Shown in pieces: positions 17,586 to 26,788 of a DNA stretch of 64,000 nt. A model generated the notes under the pieces. It did not search any database, had not been told where the DNA came from, and worked only from the letters and a program-made list of their open reading frames with translations. Origin of the DNA: a virus (Duplodnaviria; Caudoviricetes); IMG/VR virus record IMGVR_UViG_3300017565_000002, positions 1 through 64,000 of that record. One strand, given 5' to 3'. The translations under genes and the position numbers were made by a program. The stretch's first letter is position 1; the number at the start of each line of letters is the position of its first letter.

Positions 17586-18119
17586 ATGCCTAATGACCTG
17601 AAGAAGAAACTTGTACTCTGTGTGGCTACGAAAGCGGATGGACCCCATGGACAACCGTTTGCGATTGGTGCTGTGGTGTGTAATATAACAACGGGGCAGG
17701 CGATTGATACGTTCTCTGCCAAGGCAGAACTTCAATCGATATCAGATACATTTACCATCAACGAAGTATTACCGGTGGTTAAAAGATCTACCGGTAAAAT
17801 ATATGAATCCCGCCGTGAGATGCGTAATGCATTTTGGGAGTTTTACATGTGGTATAGAGAGATGGCAATCGTATTAGGAGATTTTAATGTGCCGTACATA
17901 TCTAACCTATTCAGAGATTGTATATTTGACGAGTTTCGATCGAGAGAACATCTGGCTCCGCAGCCGTTACATGAACTTAGCACCTTCCTATATGCGAAAC
18001 ATATCGATCCGAATAAGGATAGGAAGGAACTGATAGGCTCGCTCGCTGATGCATGGAGAAGACATGACCCGTTACAGGATGCGATGATTTCAGCCTATAT
18101 CTTCTGTGCTTACCGATAA
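17586..18119 (+). CDS. DEDDh (Rv2179c-like) 3-prime-5-prime exonuclease homolog with degenerate ExoI motif
   Basis: CVATKADGPHGQPFAIGAVV (DxE replaced by A-T-K), F..FY, HDPLQDA (ExoIII intact). Start reassigned to the ATG right after the upstream stop. Confidence 0.55.
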   Translation: MPNDLKKKLVLCVATKADGPHGQPFAIGAVVCNITTGQAIDTFSAKAELQSISDTFTINEVLPVVKRSTGKIYESRREMRNAFWEFYMWYREMAIVLGDFNVPYISNLFRDCIFDEFRSREHLAPQPLHELSTFLYAKHIDPNKDRKELIGSLADAWRRHDPLQDAMISAYIFCAYR

Positions 18120-18182
18120 TTTATAATATTAAATGGGGTGAATAATCCCTTATTAAATATGGTAAACAAAAGGAGAATATCG

Positions 18183-18428
18183 ATGGATAAAGAGAAAGAC
18201 TACGTAGAAATTGATTTTATACCCGGAGATACAATCGAGGAAGCGGTTGACAAATTATTGGCATATAGACAACGTGGTCAGTTAGTCTATGGAAAATTTA
18301 ATGGTATTACCTTGTATTCGGATACAGTGACGGTAGATTATGCATATAGGGCGATGTTTGATATGAGTAAAGAAGAGTTTGACAGGCAATATAGACAGAT
18401 GGATGACTGTGACGATTACGATGATTGA
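18183..18428 (+). CDS. Small acidic phage protein
   Basis: Start reassigned to the ATG after SD AGGAG: MDKEKDYVEIDFIPGDTIEEAV...GKFNG..LYSD. Confidence 0.7.
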   Translation: MDKEKDYVEIDFIPGDTIEEAVDKLLAYRQRGQLVYGKFNGITLYSDTVTVDYAYRAMFDMSKEEFDRQYRQMDDCDDYDD

Positions 18429-18465
18429 TATTTGATGATAGAAGGTGGCCGAGGAGGAATTATGT

Positions 18466-18582
18466 ATGGTGAAACTTATTCTACGCTACTTATGGCATAT
18501 GGCCGCGGTGTTGATGATAATCATGCTACTGCATGATAAGGGTATGAGCGCTTTTGCACATAATTATGCAAATACGAAGTGA
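18466..18582 (+). CDS. 38-aa membrane micropeptide
   Basis: Not in ORF track. SD GGAGGA 8 nt upstream; MVKLILRYLWHMAAVLMIIMLLHDKGMSAFAHNYANTK; followed by a terminator. Confidence 0.5.
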   Translation: MVKLILRYLWHMAAVLMIIMLLHDKGMSAFAHNYANTK

Positions 18583-18604
18583 TTTCGTAGTACAATAAAA
18601 AGAC

Positions 18605-18629
18605 GACGCTGAGGGAATCCCTCAGCGTC
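18605..18629. terminator. Bidirectional terminator
   Basis: gacgctgaggg/ccctcagcgtc stem between convergent genes. Confidence 0.75.
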
Positions 18630-19089
18630 CTTCTCCGTCCAATCTTTTTTTTAGTTCTTGAGCTGTGTACATCACGAAAATTGATCTTACCCGCTCATAA
18701 ATAGAAGACAGGTGCTTATCTTCCCCTTGGAAATTACTCATATAGGCGTGGTAAAAATCTGGGATTGTACTTGAAATTCCTTCGCATACATAGTCGATAC
18801 CTGTTAAAGCAAACTCCGAATCCATTCTTAGATCTCTCTCGACGAGGAGTTCTTTCCCCATCTTTTCTTCGATATATCGTGTCATATAAATCTGAATCGT
18901 TCGGTCCAACCATTTCTCAAAACCAGCTAGTATATCTTGGTTGTAGGTAAACTGGCGAGTGGTTGGTGTTTCTTTGGATGGTTTCATACGTTGAACCACT
19001 AGCATGAGAAGCAGAATGATAAGTATCAACTGATTGACCATTAAGAAAATAGCCACAGATGGATGCTCACCCATAATATAATCCCTCAC
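18622..19089 (-). CDS. Membrane-anchored hypothetical protein
   Basis: N-terminal hydrophobic helix LILIILLLMLVV. Confidence 0.7.
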   Translation of the reverse strand: MRDYIMGEHPSVAIFLMVNQLILIILLLMLVVQRMKPSKETPTTRQFTYNQDILAGFEKWLDRTIQIYMTRYIEEKMGKELLVERDLRMDSEFALTGIDYVCEGISSTIPDFYHAYMSNFQGEDKHLSSIYERVRSIFVMYTAQELKKRLDGEGR

Positions 19090-19106
19090 ATTCGTTACGG
19101 TATATA

Positions 19107-19733
19107 TTAAGGTTTAACATATTTTTTTATACGTTCGATGATTTCAAATACACCATTATCGGTTGCCTTGTGTTCTTTGGATAGTCGGAGGTAATCCCTC
19201 ACCAATTCATAATGCTCTATGCGAAGACCCTTTCTAAATTTCTTAAGGAATTTATCCAGCTTCCCCCAACCTTGCTTATAAGAAAGGAAGATAGATTGGT
19301 TCTCTGCTGCTTCGTGTGCTGTCTCACACAGCATAACGACTTGGATGTGATGTTTCTCGTGCTCTCTGAGTACAATATCTGCTACGGTAAAGGTATCCAA
19401 CTTTTGATCTTCCGCCAAGAGATGGTCGGCCGCAATAGCACATACTTCAAACAGATTAAAGATTGGCCCATGATGCATCTCCAGCGGAGCCATATCCACC
19501 GTGATATTGGAGAACACTTGGCAACGAGTAAGTCCTAACTCGTATAGTTTACCCTTATAATTGGTATAGCGGGGGTCTTTATGTACCATTGCCATAACCC
19601 CGTGTATAAATTTTGTAAATACCTCGTAGTCCGCCAAGTCCTTTTTTGACAGATATAGTTTAAGTACATGGTCAGGGTCAGACATCGAGTATATCTTCGG
19701 GTTCTTATCCCCTGCAAATTCAAATTGTTCCAT
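19107..19733 (-). CDS. His-rich, HNH-like protein (paralog of 10263..10997)
   Basis: C...LEMHHGPIFNLFEV...EH...VMLCETAH. Confidence 0.55.
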   Translation of the reverse strand: MEQFEFAGDKNPKIYSMSDPDHVLKLYLSKKDLADYEVFTKFIHGVMAMVHKDPRYTNYKGKLYELGLTRCQVFSNITVDMAPLEMHHGPIFNLFEVCAIAADHLLAEDQKLDTFTVADIVLREHEKHHIQVVMLCETAHEAAENQSIFLSYKQGWGKLDKFLKKFRKGLRIEHYELVRDYLRLSKEHKATDNGVFEIIERIKKYVKP

Positions 19734-19780
19734 TGTATATTCTCCTTTCTTTGGTTACCGGCTTATAAAAGTAGAAGGGA

Positions 19781-19792
19781 AACAGAAAATTA
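19781..19792 (+). promoter_or_regulatory. Late-type promoter AACA-N6-TA
   Basis: AACAgaaaatTA upstream of the baseplate/beta-prime operon. Confidence 0.65.
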
Positions 19793-19829
19793 TAGGTTTA
19801 TCGATTGTTTTAGAGAGGAAGTGAGTAAA

Positions 19830-22058
19830 TTGTCCGATATCAATATTGAAACGTCATATGTCATGGATCTTTCAAAGGAAATTCTCGTATTAGCTGGGAC
19901 GGTAGTTGTTAAACGGGAAGACATTGCGCGATCTTATGAGACATTAGAAACCATTAGGACGTTCGATGAGTATTCTAGCGCCTTGATGGGGACTGATACG
20001 TTTGACACGTATGAGTCATTCGAAGTCGAAATACTTGAAGCTGCTGGACTGACAGAGTTGGAAATTGCCACAGCACTTTTGTCGAAGAAGAATATACCGG
20101 AGGCAAAACGAGATGCTGTAGTTGGATTGAAGCGTCAAAAGGTGTTAGCCGAATATGTGGAGACTAATAACTATTACCGAACACTCAGTGGTCTCCCACT
20201 CATGGAAGACAGTCTTGAAATTTTCATCACGGAACCTGTGGCTGGTGTGGACATAAACAAACCAATCCATGAGATGACGAATGATGAAATCTTTATATTG
20301 AACAACCTTGGATTTATTGATCAGCTTATTGATAAGTATCCCGAACGTAACTATCTTAAATATTTGGGTGCTAATAAGGTCAATAATATAACCGCACGTC
20401 ATGCAAGAAGGTTTGACATCATCCGTATTGGAGAGATTGCAAATCGGGATCTAAAAGAACGCTTCAATATCTCCTATGAACGGTCAAAGACGTATATCCT
20501 TAATAATTACTATAAACGTCGACTGTCCTTGGATCAAACATATTTCGACGCCTACATCGGATTCCTAATCATGATGAATGCCCTGATCATGGTCGTCAAT
20601 GATTCGATCAATATCTTCAATAGTAAAGAATTCACCAATGAGTTGACGATCAAGGCATTGTTACAATCTCATGACTTAGATATCTTTGACGATATTCCTA
20701 TTGTATATCGAAAGAAGATTGCAGATAATATCAAATCCCTCATTGTATCCAAAGGAACCGATGAAGTTATCGGTAAGATCTTTAAGATATTTGGGTTTGA
20801 TAATATCACCATCCGAAAGTTTATACTGGTAAAAGAACACCTGAAAGACTCCGAGGATAAGTATATTTTCGAGTATGAGAGCGATGGTGTGACACCTAAG
20901 TATGACGAAATGTTTAACATCCATTTCGCACAGGTAGATATCAATAGTCCAAACATCGACAATGAGATTCGACGACCTGAGAATCGAATTGCTTACACGG
21001 ATGTAACGGCTAACGATATCTACTGGGGTGGATATGAGTCAGATGAAGCGATTCGACAGAAGTTATTGAAAGAACCCTTTAACTACATTGACACAGATTA
21101 TATCAATATCAATACCGCTTACGAAATGTCTAAACTCTCATTCGAGGTTAGCTATTTCTTCGGTATGATATTGGATTTGAAACTGTCCACCGAAAGGTTA
21201 ATCTTTACAGAGCCTTTCCAAGGGCAGTCCATCACTTTATTCTATGCAATTACGATGATCTCTGCACTATTGAGTAAGAAGATTGGGTGGGCAGGTGACA
21301 TCATCACTGACCCAGCTGATATTGCGTATGTCAACAAGTTTAACTTTGAGCGAAGTATTCCGGCAATAAATGCAATCATGGCAAAGTATAATTACACTTC
21401 TCCGATTAACTTTGCTACTGTTCTTCCCAGTGGGCAGATGAATCAACCTGCCGAATTGGTGGAACTCTTCTTTAAAAATAAGGAAATATACGATTCCATC
21501 ATGGCGATTAAGACTTCAACGCGAAACCTGAATGAATACCTGGCATGTAAGGAAATTTTGGAGTATGTGGCACAATCCAAATTATCTGCGAGTGTCTATA
21601 CGAAACCGAATAACACCATTGCAGATACCTACTTGGATTATCTGCAAAGTCACAACATGGTGTTAGCTAACTTTATCGATACGCTGCATGACTCGGAGAT
21701 CGATACAGCATTATTCAAGCTTCTCACCTCATTGGAGGAATATGTTCAGTCTGATAGATTCTCTTATGTATTCTTGAAGATACCTGCGGTATCCAGCGAG
21801 AATGTACTGAAGACTTACATGCTTAAACTAATCAATACATTTAAAGCCTTCACCATCAATATCTTCTCCATGTCTATAACCTACAATATAGACGACATGA
21901 CCAACAACGTTAAGCTTATTGATAGCACGACGTTTGAAGGAGAGATATATGCGCATACCAATGTAACTCTAACTGACGACATGGGTGTTCGCGGTACAGG
22001 TACACTGAAGTCTACAGTTGCTTTTAGAGACGAGCTTACACTTATTTCACAAACATAA
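19830..22058 (+). CDS. Putative baseplate wedge subunit (T4 gp7/P2 gpI-like KGT motif)
   Basis: SKGTDEVIGKIFKIFG motif. Start reassigned to TTG 19830 after the promoter and SD GAGGAA. Confidence 0.55.
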   Translation: MSDINIETSYVMDLSKEILVLAGTVVVKREDIARSYETLETIRTFDEYSSALMGTDTFDTYESFEVEILEAAGLTELEIATALLSKKNIPEAKRDAVVGLKRQKVLAEYVETNNYYRTLSGLPLMEDSLEIFITEPVAGVDINKPIHEMTNDEIFILNNLGFIDQLIDKYPERNYLKYLGANKVNNITARHARRFDIIRIGEIANRDLKERFNISYERSKTYILNNYYKRRLSLDQTYFDAYIGFLIMMNALIMVVNDSINIFNSKEFTNELTIKALLQSHDLDIFDDIPIVYRKKIADNIKSLIVSKGTDEVIGKIFKIFGFDNITIRKFILVKEHLKDSEDKYIFEYESDGVTPKYDEMFNIHFAQVDINSPNIDNEIRRPENRIAYTDVTANDIYWGGYESDEAIRQKLLKEPFNYIDTDYININTAYEMSKLSFEVSYFFGMILDLKLSTERLIFTEPFQGQSITLFYAITMISALLSKKIGWAGDIITDPADIAYVNKFNFERSIPAINAIMAKYNYTSPINFATVLPSGQMNQPAELVELFFKNKEIYDSIMAIKTSTRNLNEYLACKEILEYVAQSKLSASVYTKPNNTIADTYLDYLQSHNMVLANFIDTLHDSEIDTALFKLLTSLEEYVQSDRFSYVFLKIPAVSSENVLKTYMLKLINTFKAFTINIFSMSITYNIDDMTNNVKLIDSTTFEGEIYAHTNVTLTDDMGVRGTGTLKSTVAFRDELTLISQT

Positions 22059-22072
22059 GGAGGAATTTTAAA

Positions 22073-22894
22073 ATGTCCGAATTGAAAGATAAGTTATTTT
22101 TGACAGATGAGCTTATTGATAGCCAAGGAAGACTCATCCTGACTGGTCAGAAGAAGCCTACAAAGCTCATTGGAAGACTCTCATTAATTAACCCGGTAAC
22201 CGGAAAGCCAATGATGCATTTTGATAATGATATTATTATTCCGGGTGCAACCTATGTACTGGAAAAGATGTTCGGCGTTCGGTCAACCTTCGGAATGCCA
22301 ACACTCTCTCAGGATCTAAACGTAAAAGCTAGTGTTGCACCAACTCAAGATAACCTAAAGAACGAATTGATCTTCGGGTTTACACTTGGAAATGGTGGAG
22401 TTGAAACACCTGATCTGATTAAGGCAGTGAAATTTAAAGATAAGACAGTTTCATCCATTGTACCGGTTCGGGTTGTGAGTACATCAGCGGATCTCTCTCC
22501 CACCGATCAGGCCAAATATGCAATTAAGAAACAAGTTGGAAGCAATTATTACTATTATGCCAAGAAATTTGATTCGACTGCAATTATCCGGCACTTATTT
22601 ACAGATGGTACTGAGATTCCTCCAAATATTGACCAAACCGATACAACGCTTGGTCTATTGGTATTCGGCGAGGTTGTACTAACGGTTTCTCCGGCGGATC
22701 TCCGCGAATGGTACATGCTCACATACGGGGACATCAGTAGTTGCCGGTTTAACAGTATTGCATTGGTTGCCGGATTTTTGGATGGTACAGATTACGCGGG
22801 TGTTAGAGCGATATCCAAGTTGAATATACCTAATATGTATCTGCGCGACTCGGAAGCGTCCTATACTTTCACTTATAAAGTTTATGCAATATAA
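22073..22894 (+). CDS. Putative virion/baseplate structural protein
   Basis: NDIII.G..YVLEKMF and FTLGNGG patterns; co-transcribed with the wedge gene; SD AAGGAGG. Confidence 0.55.
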   Translation: MSELKDKLFLTDELIDSQGRLILTGQKKPTKLIGRLSLINPVTGKPMMHFDNDIIIPGATYVLEKMFGVRSTFGMPTLSQDLNVKASVAPTQDNLKNELIFGFTLGNGGVETPDLIKAVKFKDKTVSSIVPVRVVSTSADLSPTDQAKYAIKKQVGSNYYYYAKKFDSTAIIRHLFTDGTEIPPNIDQTDTTLGLLVFGEVVLTVSPADLREWYMLTYGDISSCRFNSIALVAGFLDGTDYAGVRAISKLNIPNMYLRDSEASYTFTYKVYAI

Positions 22895-22896
22895 GG

Positions 22897-24108
22897 GTGA
22901 TGACTATGAGACTCCTTACAGAGGTCGAAGTTGAAGAGATTCTGAAACTTAAGCAGGATGATATCACCAATACCTTGCTGAAGTCTTACTTTGGGCGGAC
23001 AGTCAAGAGACCAACAGCTCGATTCTCAACGACGGATTACTTTATGCTACCGGAAAATGCATGTGCAAAAAATCTTCCCGGTTATACGACACTTGGAGCC
23101 TACATCTTTAATCGGCTGATTATCGATGTACACTTCTCCGATGTGACCGGATATGTCAACGCTCCTATAACGGGAAAGAACTTAAATGCTGTATACAACC
23201 TTATTTCCGAGGCATATGCGAATGACCGTGTCAACTGGGAGCAGTTCTTTGAATTGATTGATTCATTGGATTGGCTTGGCGGTGGAGATATAGCAGAGTT
23301 GATCAACGTGTCGTTGTCAAATAATCTTTTTATCCTCCCACCACACATTAAGCAAAGACGCGAAGAATTATTCAAAGAATATGAGAAAGAAATCCAAGCC
23401 GGGGATGTAATTGCAGGTGCGAAAATTGAGCAAGAGCTGGTAAAAATGGCCCAAGCCCATCTTCAAACACTCCCGGAGTGGGATAACTTCGCATCAGATG
23501 CCAAACTTAATTTCGATAATAACTACAAGACAATGATGCTAATGAAAGGTCCGATACTTAACACAAGTACAGGTGACTGGGAGATTGCAACCTCCAACTA
23601 TGATGATGGCATCCGTAAGGAAGAGTATCCGCTCTTTGCCGACTCCGCTGTCTATGGTACATTCCAACGGGCAAAAGGGGTTGCAATGGGTGGATATGCG
23701 ATCAAGAAAATCATTGCGACATTACAAGATGTAGAAACCGCGGATAAGGATAGTGACTGTGGCACCAAAGACTACCTAACAACCTTCATCGATCCGTATT
23801 TCAAAAGCGAACTCATGTATATGTATATCGTCGAGGGATCAAAACTCGTCTTACTGACACCCAAGAATTTTGATCAGTATAAGGGGAAAACAGTACAGAT
23901 GAGAAGTCCGATGTATTGCAAACATGCAGTTCCATTAGTATGTAATAAATGTATGGGTGAACAGCCTTATCAGAAGGATCTGAAGATGGTTGGGTTGGCT
24001 GCTGGTAAGATCGGTTCGACACTGCGGGTTAAGAAGCTGAAGGCTTTCCACAATAAGAAGGTTTACATCTATCGAGCAACGATAGCTGATTTGGTCGGCG
24101 ATGATTAA
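22897..24108 (+). CDS. rpoC: Phage RNAP beta-prime C-terminal piece (probably virion RNAP)
   Basis: Bridge-helix-like GGYAIKKIIATLQDV, zinc site DCGT...RSPMYC...CNKCMG, trigger-loop-like VGLAAGKIG...KAFH. Confidence 0.85.
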   Translation: MMTMRLLTEVEVEEILKLKQDDITNTLLKSYFGRTVKRPTARFSTTDYFMLPENACAKNLPGYTTLGAYIFNRLIIDVHFSDVTGYVNAPITGKNLNAVYNLISEAYANDRVNWEQFFELIDSLDWLGGGDIAELINVSLSNNLFILPPHIKQRREELFKEYEKEIQAGDVIAGAKIEQELVKMAQAHLQTLPEWDNFASDAKLNFDNNYKTMMLMKGPILNTSTGDWEIATSNYDDGIRKEEYPLFADSAVYGTFQRAKGVAMGGYAIKKIIATLQDVETADKDSDCGTKDYLTTFIDPYFKSELMYMYIVEGSKLVLLTPKNFDQYKGKTVQMRSPMYCKHAVPLVCNKCMGEQPYQKDLKMVGLAAGKIGSTLRVKKLKAFHNKKVYIYRATIADLVGDD

Positions 24109-24112
24109 AAAG

Positions 24113-24140
24113 AAGGAAGCACACTCAGCTGTGCTTCCTT
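24113..24140 (+). terminator. Intrinsic terminator
   Basis: aaggaagcaca/tgtgcttcctt stem plus T-run. Confidence 0.8.
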
Positions 24141-24194
24141 TTTTATTTATCATGTAACACATGTATAGCACTGGCCCTTTGCTCTCATTTCAGG

Positions 24195-24205
24195 TTATAT
24201 ATTAT
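24195..24205 (+). promoter_or_regulatory. Early-type promoter TTATATATTAT
   Basis: Upstream of the 24243-26347 operon. Confidence 0.65.
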
Positions 24206-24242
24206 CGATCTGAAAGGAAAAAGTTATTCGGGAGGGACTAGA

Positions 24243-24809
24243 ATGAGTGATTCGAATTTAAAACTGTATCAGGCGTTGAACTTCCTTGAGAAAACAGGGC
24301 TGTTCAACGTAGACTTCAACAGAATTGTAGTCGGAGATATAACAGGAAGGTGGTTGGTTACAACCACAATAAAAACAGTGGGGTTGTTTGCCCCGTCAGA
24401 TGTAGGTGACGTACGTATTTCGTCGACCAAATTCGATAATGTAATTCTGAGCAATTTTACTTACATTGAACGTCTGTTTTACCGTAAGGCTTTTCATAAA
24501 GTGGGAATGGAAGTTATCCTTCGTTACATCGAGGGGTTGCAAAAGGCTTACAAGCAATCAGGAGAGATGATGAGTGAGTGGGGAGCATTAACTGCTCGTC
24601 CACCTACACAAGAGGGAAGCGATACCATAGCAAGGGAAAAGTTTATTGAATTTATCAGCTCCTTTGTAGTTCCAAATAGTCGTTCTATGCCTAAACTCCC
24701 CTATTCGGAGTTTGGGGTTAAATTGTCAGATTCAACGAGGGAATCTATCATCAATGTGTTTTCGGCGTTTATACTCAAAGAGTATAAACGAAGTATATAT
24801 CATCAATAA
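24243..24809 (+). CDS. Hypothetical protein (early, upstream of beta-prime N piece)
   Basis: 188-aa ORF, SD GGAGGG. Confidence 0.75.
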   Translation: MSDSNLKLYQALNFLEKTGLFNVDFNRIVVGDITGRWLVTTTIKTVGLFAPSDVGDVRISSTKFDNVILSNFTYIERLFYRKAFHKVGMEVILRYIEGLQKAYKQSGEMMSEWGALTARPPTQEGSDTIAREKFIEFISSFVVPNSRSMPKLPYSEFGVKLSDSTRESIINVFSAFILKEYKRSIYHQ

Positions 24810-24829
24810 AAGCATGGAGGGTAATAGAC

Positions 24830-26347
24830 ATGCAAGAGACGATGAGTAATGGAGATGTACTAGACTACCGCGACGTAAAGCAGTTCAAGATTCCTAAGAT
24901 TACTCGCTATTTTGAAGACTATGATCGACCCATCAAGAAAGAAAAGCTTGAAAAGGCCGGTCTGGATGAACACGCAGAAGCTCAGATCAAATCAGGTAAA
25001 GGATTCCTAATCACAAACCCGGAATCGGTTGACAGCGACGGAAAGAAAACGATCGACGGTATATTCTCTCCCAAGTTTGGCTACACGCAGTTCGATGATC
25101 AACTAGGGACGAAGGATGCTTATCGTTGTCAATGTGGTGAGACCACAGGTGCAATAAATCTTGATGAAATCTGTGAAGTATGTGATACACCCGTCCAATT
25201 CATGGATGCAGACCTCACGATCATGGGTTGGATACCACTAACTCAATATGTCGTTATTAATCCATCTATGTACATCCACTTGGATGCATTATTCGGAAAG
25301 GGTGAACTAGAGGAGATCCTCAAGGTCAATACTTCCAGAATCACAGTGGATGGTATATTGAAAACGGAAACTGATCCAAAGAAACCTTATCATGGTGTAG
25401 GGATGATTTATCTCCATACACACATCGATGAGGTGATGGAGTATTATCTCAAGCAAAATCCAGCAAAGAAAGAGCATTACGATTTACTCCTCGAATACAA
25501 GATGGCGATCTTTACTCACTATGTCCCGGTATATAGTGCGATCATTCGCCCCCATATCGAGAGTAACGAAAAGGTCAGAATATTCCCGGTCAATACAATC
25601 TATGAGACAATCATGAATCACTACCAGCAAATCATGAGTGAACCCGGAAATATGCTGGCGATTCTTCCGGCTCTACATGAAATCCAGCAGGAATTCAATG
25701 AGCTACACGAATTGATTATCAAGACATATATCGGCAAGGAAGGCATGTTCAGGGGTAACTTCGGTGGTGTCCGGATTGACTATGCAGGACGAAGCGTAAT
25801 CATTCCGGGCGTAGATCTGAAGCCTGATGAGATTAAGATTCCTTATATCAGCGCTGTGGTATTCTTGGAATTGGAATTGATTTACCTGCTATGCATTCTC
25901 GATGATATTACCGAAAATGAAGCGTATCAGGTAATCAATGAAAGCCTCAAAGTTTTCAACCCAAGAATCTATGCGTTGATTCAAACCATTCTACAGAAAA
26001 GTAAGACGCCCATCTCCGCATTGGTGGGTAGACCTCCATCACTATCTGACCGATCGGTTCGATTGCTTCGAATCGTTGGCGTGGAAGATAGTGTGGACAA
26101 ATTGTGTATGCGTTTAAGTCCGAGTCTTTTGGATGGATATAAAGGTGACCACGATGGTGACAGTCTATATTATATTCCATTGAAAGATCATCGCCTGATC
26201 AAGACGTTTGAGCAAACCTTGAGTCCGAGGTATAACTATATCTCTAGGACGAATGGTTTATATTCCAACCGAATGGAGTATATCAAAGATTATATCATCA
26301 TTCTCTCTGAGCTGTATTCATTGGCAAAGGATAATGATGACGATTAG
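24830..26347 (+). CDS. rpoC: Phage RNAP beta-prime N-terminal catalytic piece (probably non-virion RNAP)
   Basis: GIFSPKFG, zinc finger CQCG...CEVC, FRGNFGGVRIDYAGRSVI, GRPPSL, GDHDGD Asp triad. Confidence 0.9.
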   Translation: MQETMSNGDVLDYRDVKQFKIPKITRYFEDYDRPIKKEKLEKAGLDEHAEAQIKSGKGFLITNPESVDSDGKKTIDGIFSPKFGYTQFDDQLGTKDAYRCQCGETTGAINLDEICEVCDTPVQFMDADLTIMGWIPLTQYVVINPSMYIHLDALFGKGELEEILKVNTSRITVDGILKTETDPKKPYHGVGMIYLHTHIDEVMEYYLKQNPAKKEHYDLLLEYKMAIFTHYVPVYSAIIRPHIESNEKVRIFPVNTIYETIMNHYQQIMSEPGNMLAILPALHEIQQEFNELHELIIKTYIGKEGMFRGNFGGVRIDYAGRSVIIPGVDLKPDEIKIPYISAVVFLELELIYLLCILDDITENEAYQVINESLKVFNPRIYALIQTILQKSKTPISALVGRPPSLSDRSVRLLRIVGVEDSVDKLCMRLSPSLLDGYKGDHDGDSLYYIPLKDHRLIKTFEQTLSPRYNYISRTNGLYSNRMEYIKDYIIILSELYSLAKDNDDD

Positions 26348-26356
26348 TTTACCATG

Positions 26357-26380
26357 GGAGATCAGATTCGTCTGATCTCC
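26357..26380 (+). terminator. Intrinsic terminator with UUCG loop
   Basis: ggagatcaga-TTCG-tctgatctcc plus T-run. Confidence 0.85.
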
Positions 26381-26392
26381 TTTTTATTATAA

Positions 26393-26404
26393 AACAATCC
26401 ATTA
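26393..26404 (+). promoter_or_regulatory. Late-type promoter AACA-N6-TA
   Basis: AACAatccatTA directly before SD GGAGG of 26417. Confidence 0.65.
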
Positions 26405-26416
26405 GGAGGCTTTAAC

Positions 26417-26788
26417 ATGGAAAAAGAAGATGAGCAAGACCCAATTAAAGGAAAAATAGTAATGAGTAAGTTTGCAGTGGCTATGCTTGTCATCATCACA
26501 GCATGTGCGCTGGTCAATGCCGTTTTCGTGAATATTATAGTGACGGGATCTGACAAACAGATTTCTACACTGAGTACATCAAACTCGAAGATTCAAGCAC
26601 CACCTACAGATCAATTCTCGTATGTCAACACAACGACTCTAAAACAGATAAAATTTATTACCATTAAGCATATATCAACTGGGTGTTACTATGTGACACG
26701 TGACTACTCCACTTCAGTTGAGCCACTGTTTAGACCTAATGGTAAACCATACTGTGACAAGCAGGAGGATTCCTCCGATGAAGAATAA
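26417..26788 (+). CDS. Single-pass membrane protein
   Basis: Hydrophobic helix FAVAMLVIITACALVNAVFVNIIV; C-terminal Cys pair. Confidence 0.7.
   Translation: MEKEDEQDPIKGKIVMSKFAVAMLVIITACALVNAVFVNIIVTGSDKQISTLSTSNSKIQAPPTDQFSYVNTTTLKQIKFITIKHISTGCYYVTRDYSTSVEPLFRPNGKPYCDKQEDSSDEE

Noticed and set aside
19668-19829. N-terminal extension of the baseplate ORF as given in the track (likewise 34040-34087, 26700-26777, 52567-52581, 18138-18182)
   Set aside because: Promoter and SD positions point to downstream starts, and some extensions overlap neighbouring genes
2650-26347. Group I introns or inteins in RNAP genes, as seen in AR9
   Set aside because: All three reading frames are continuous with expected motif spacing; no LAGLIDADG/HINT motifs noticed
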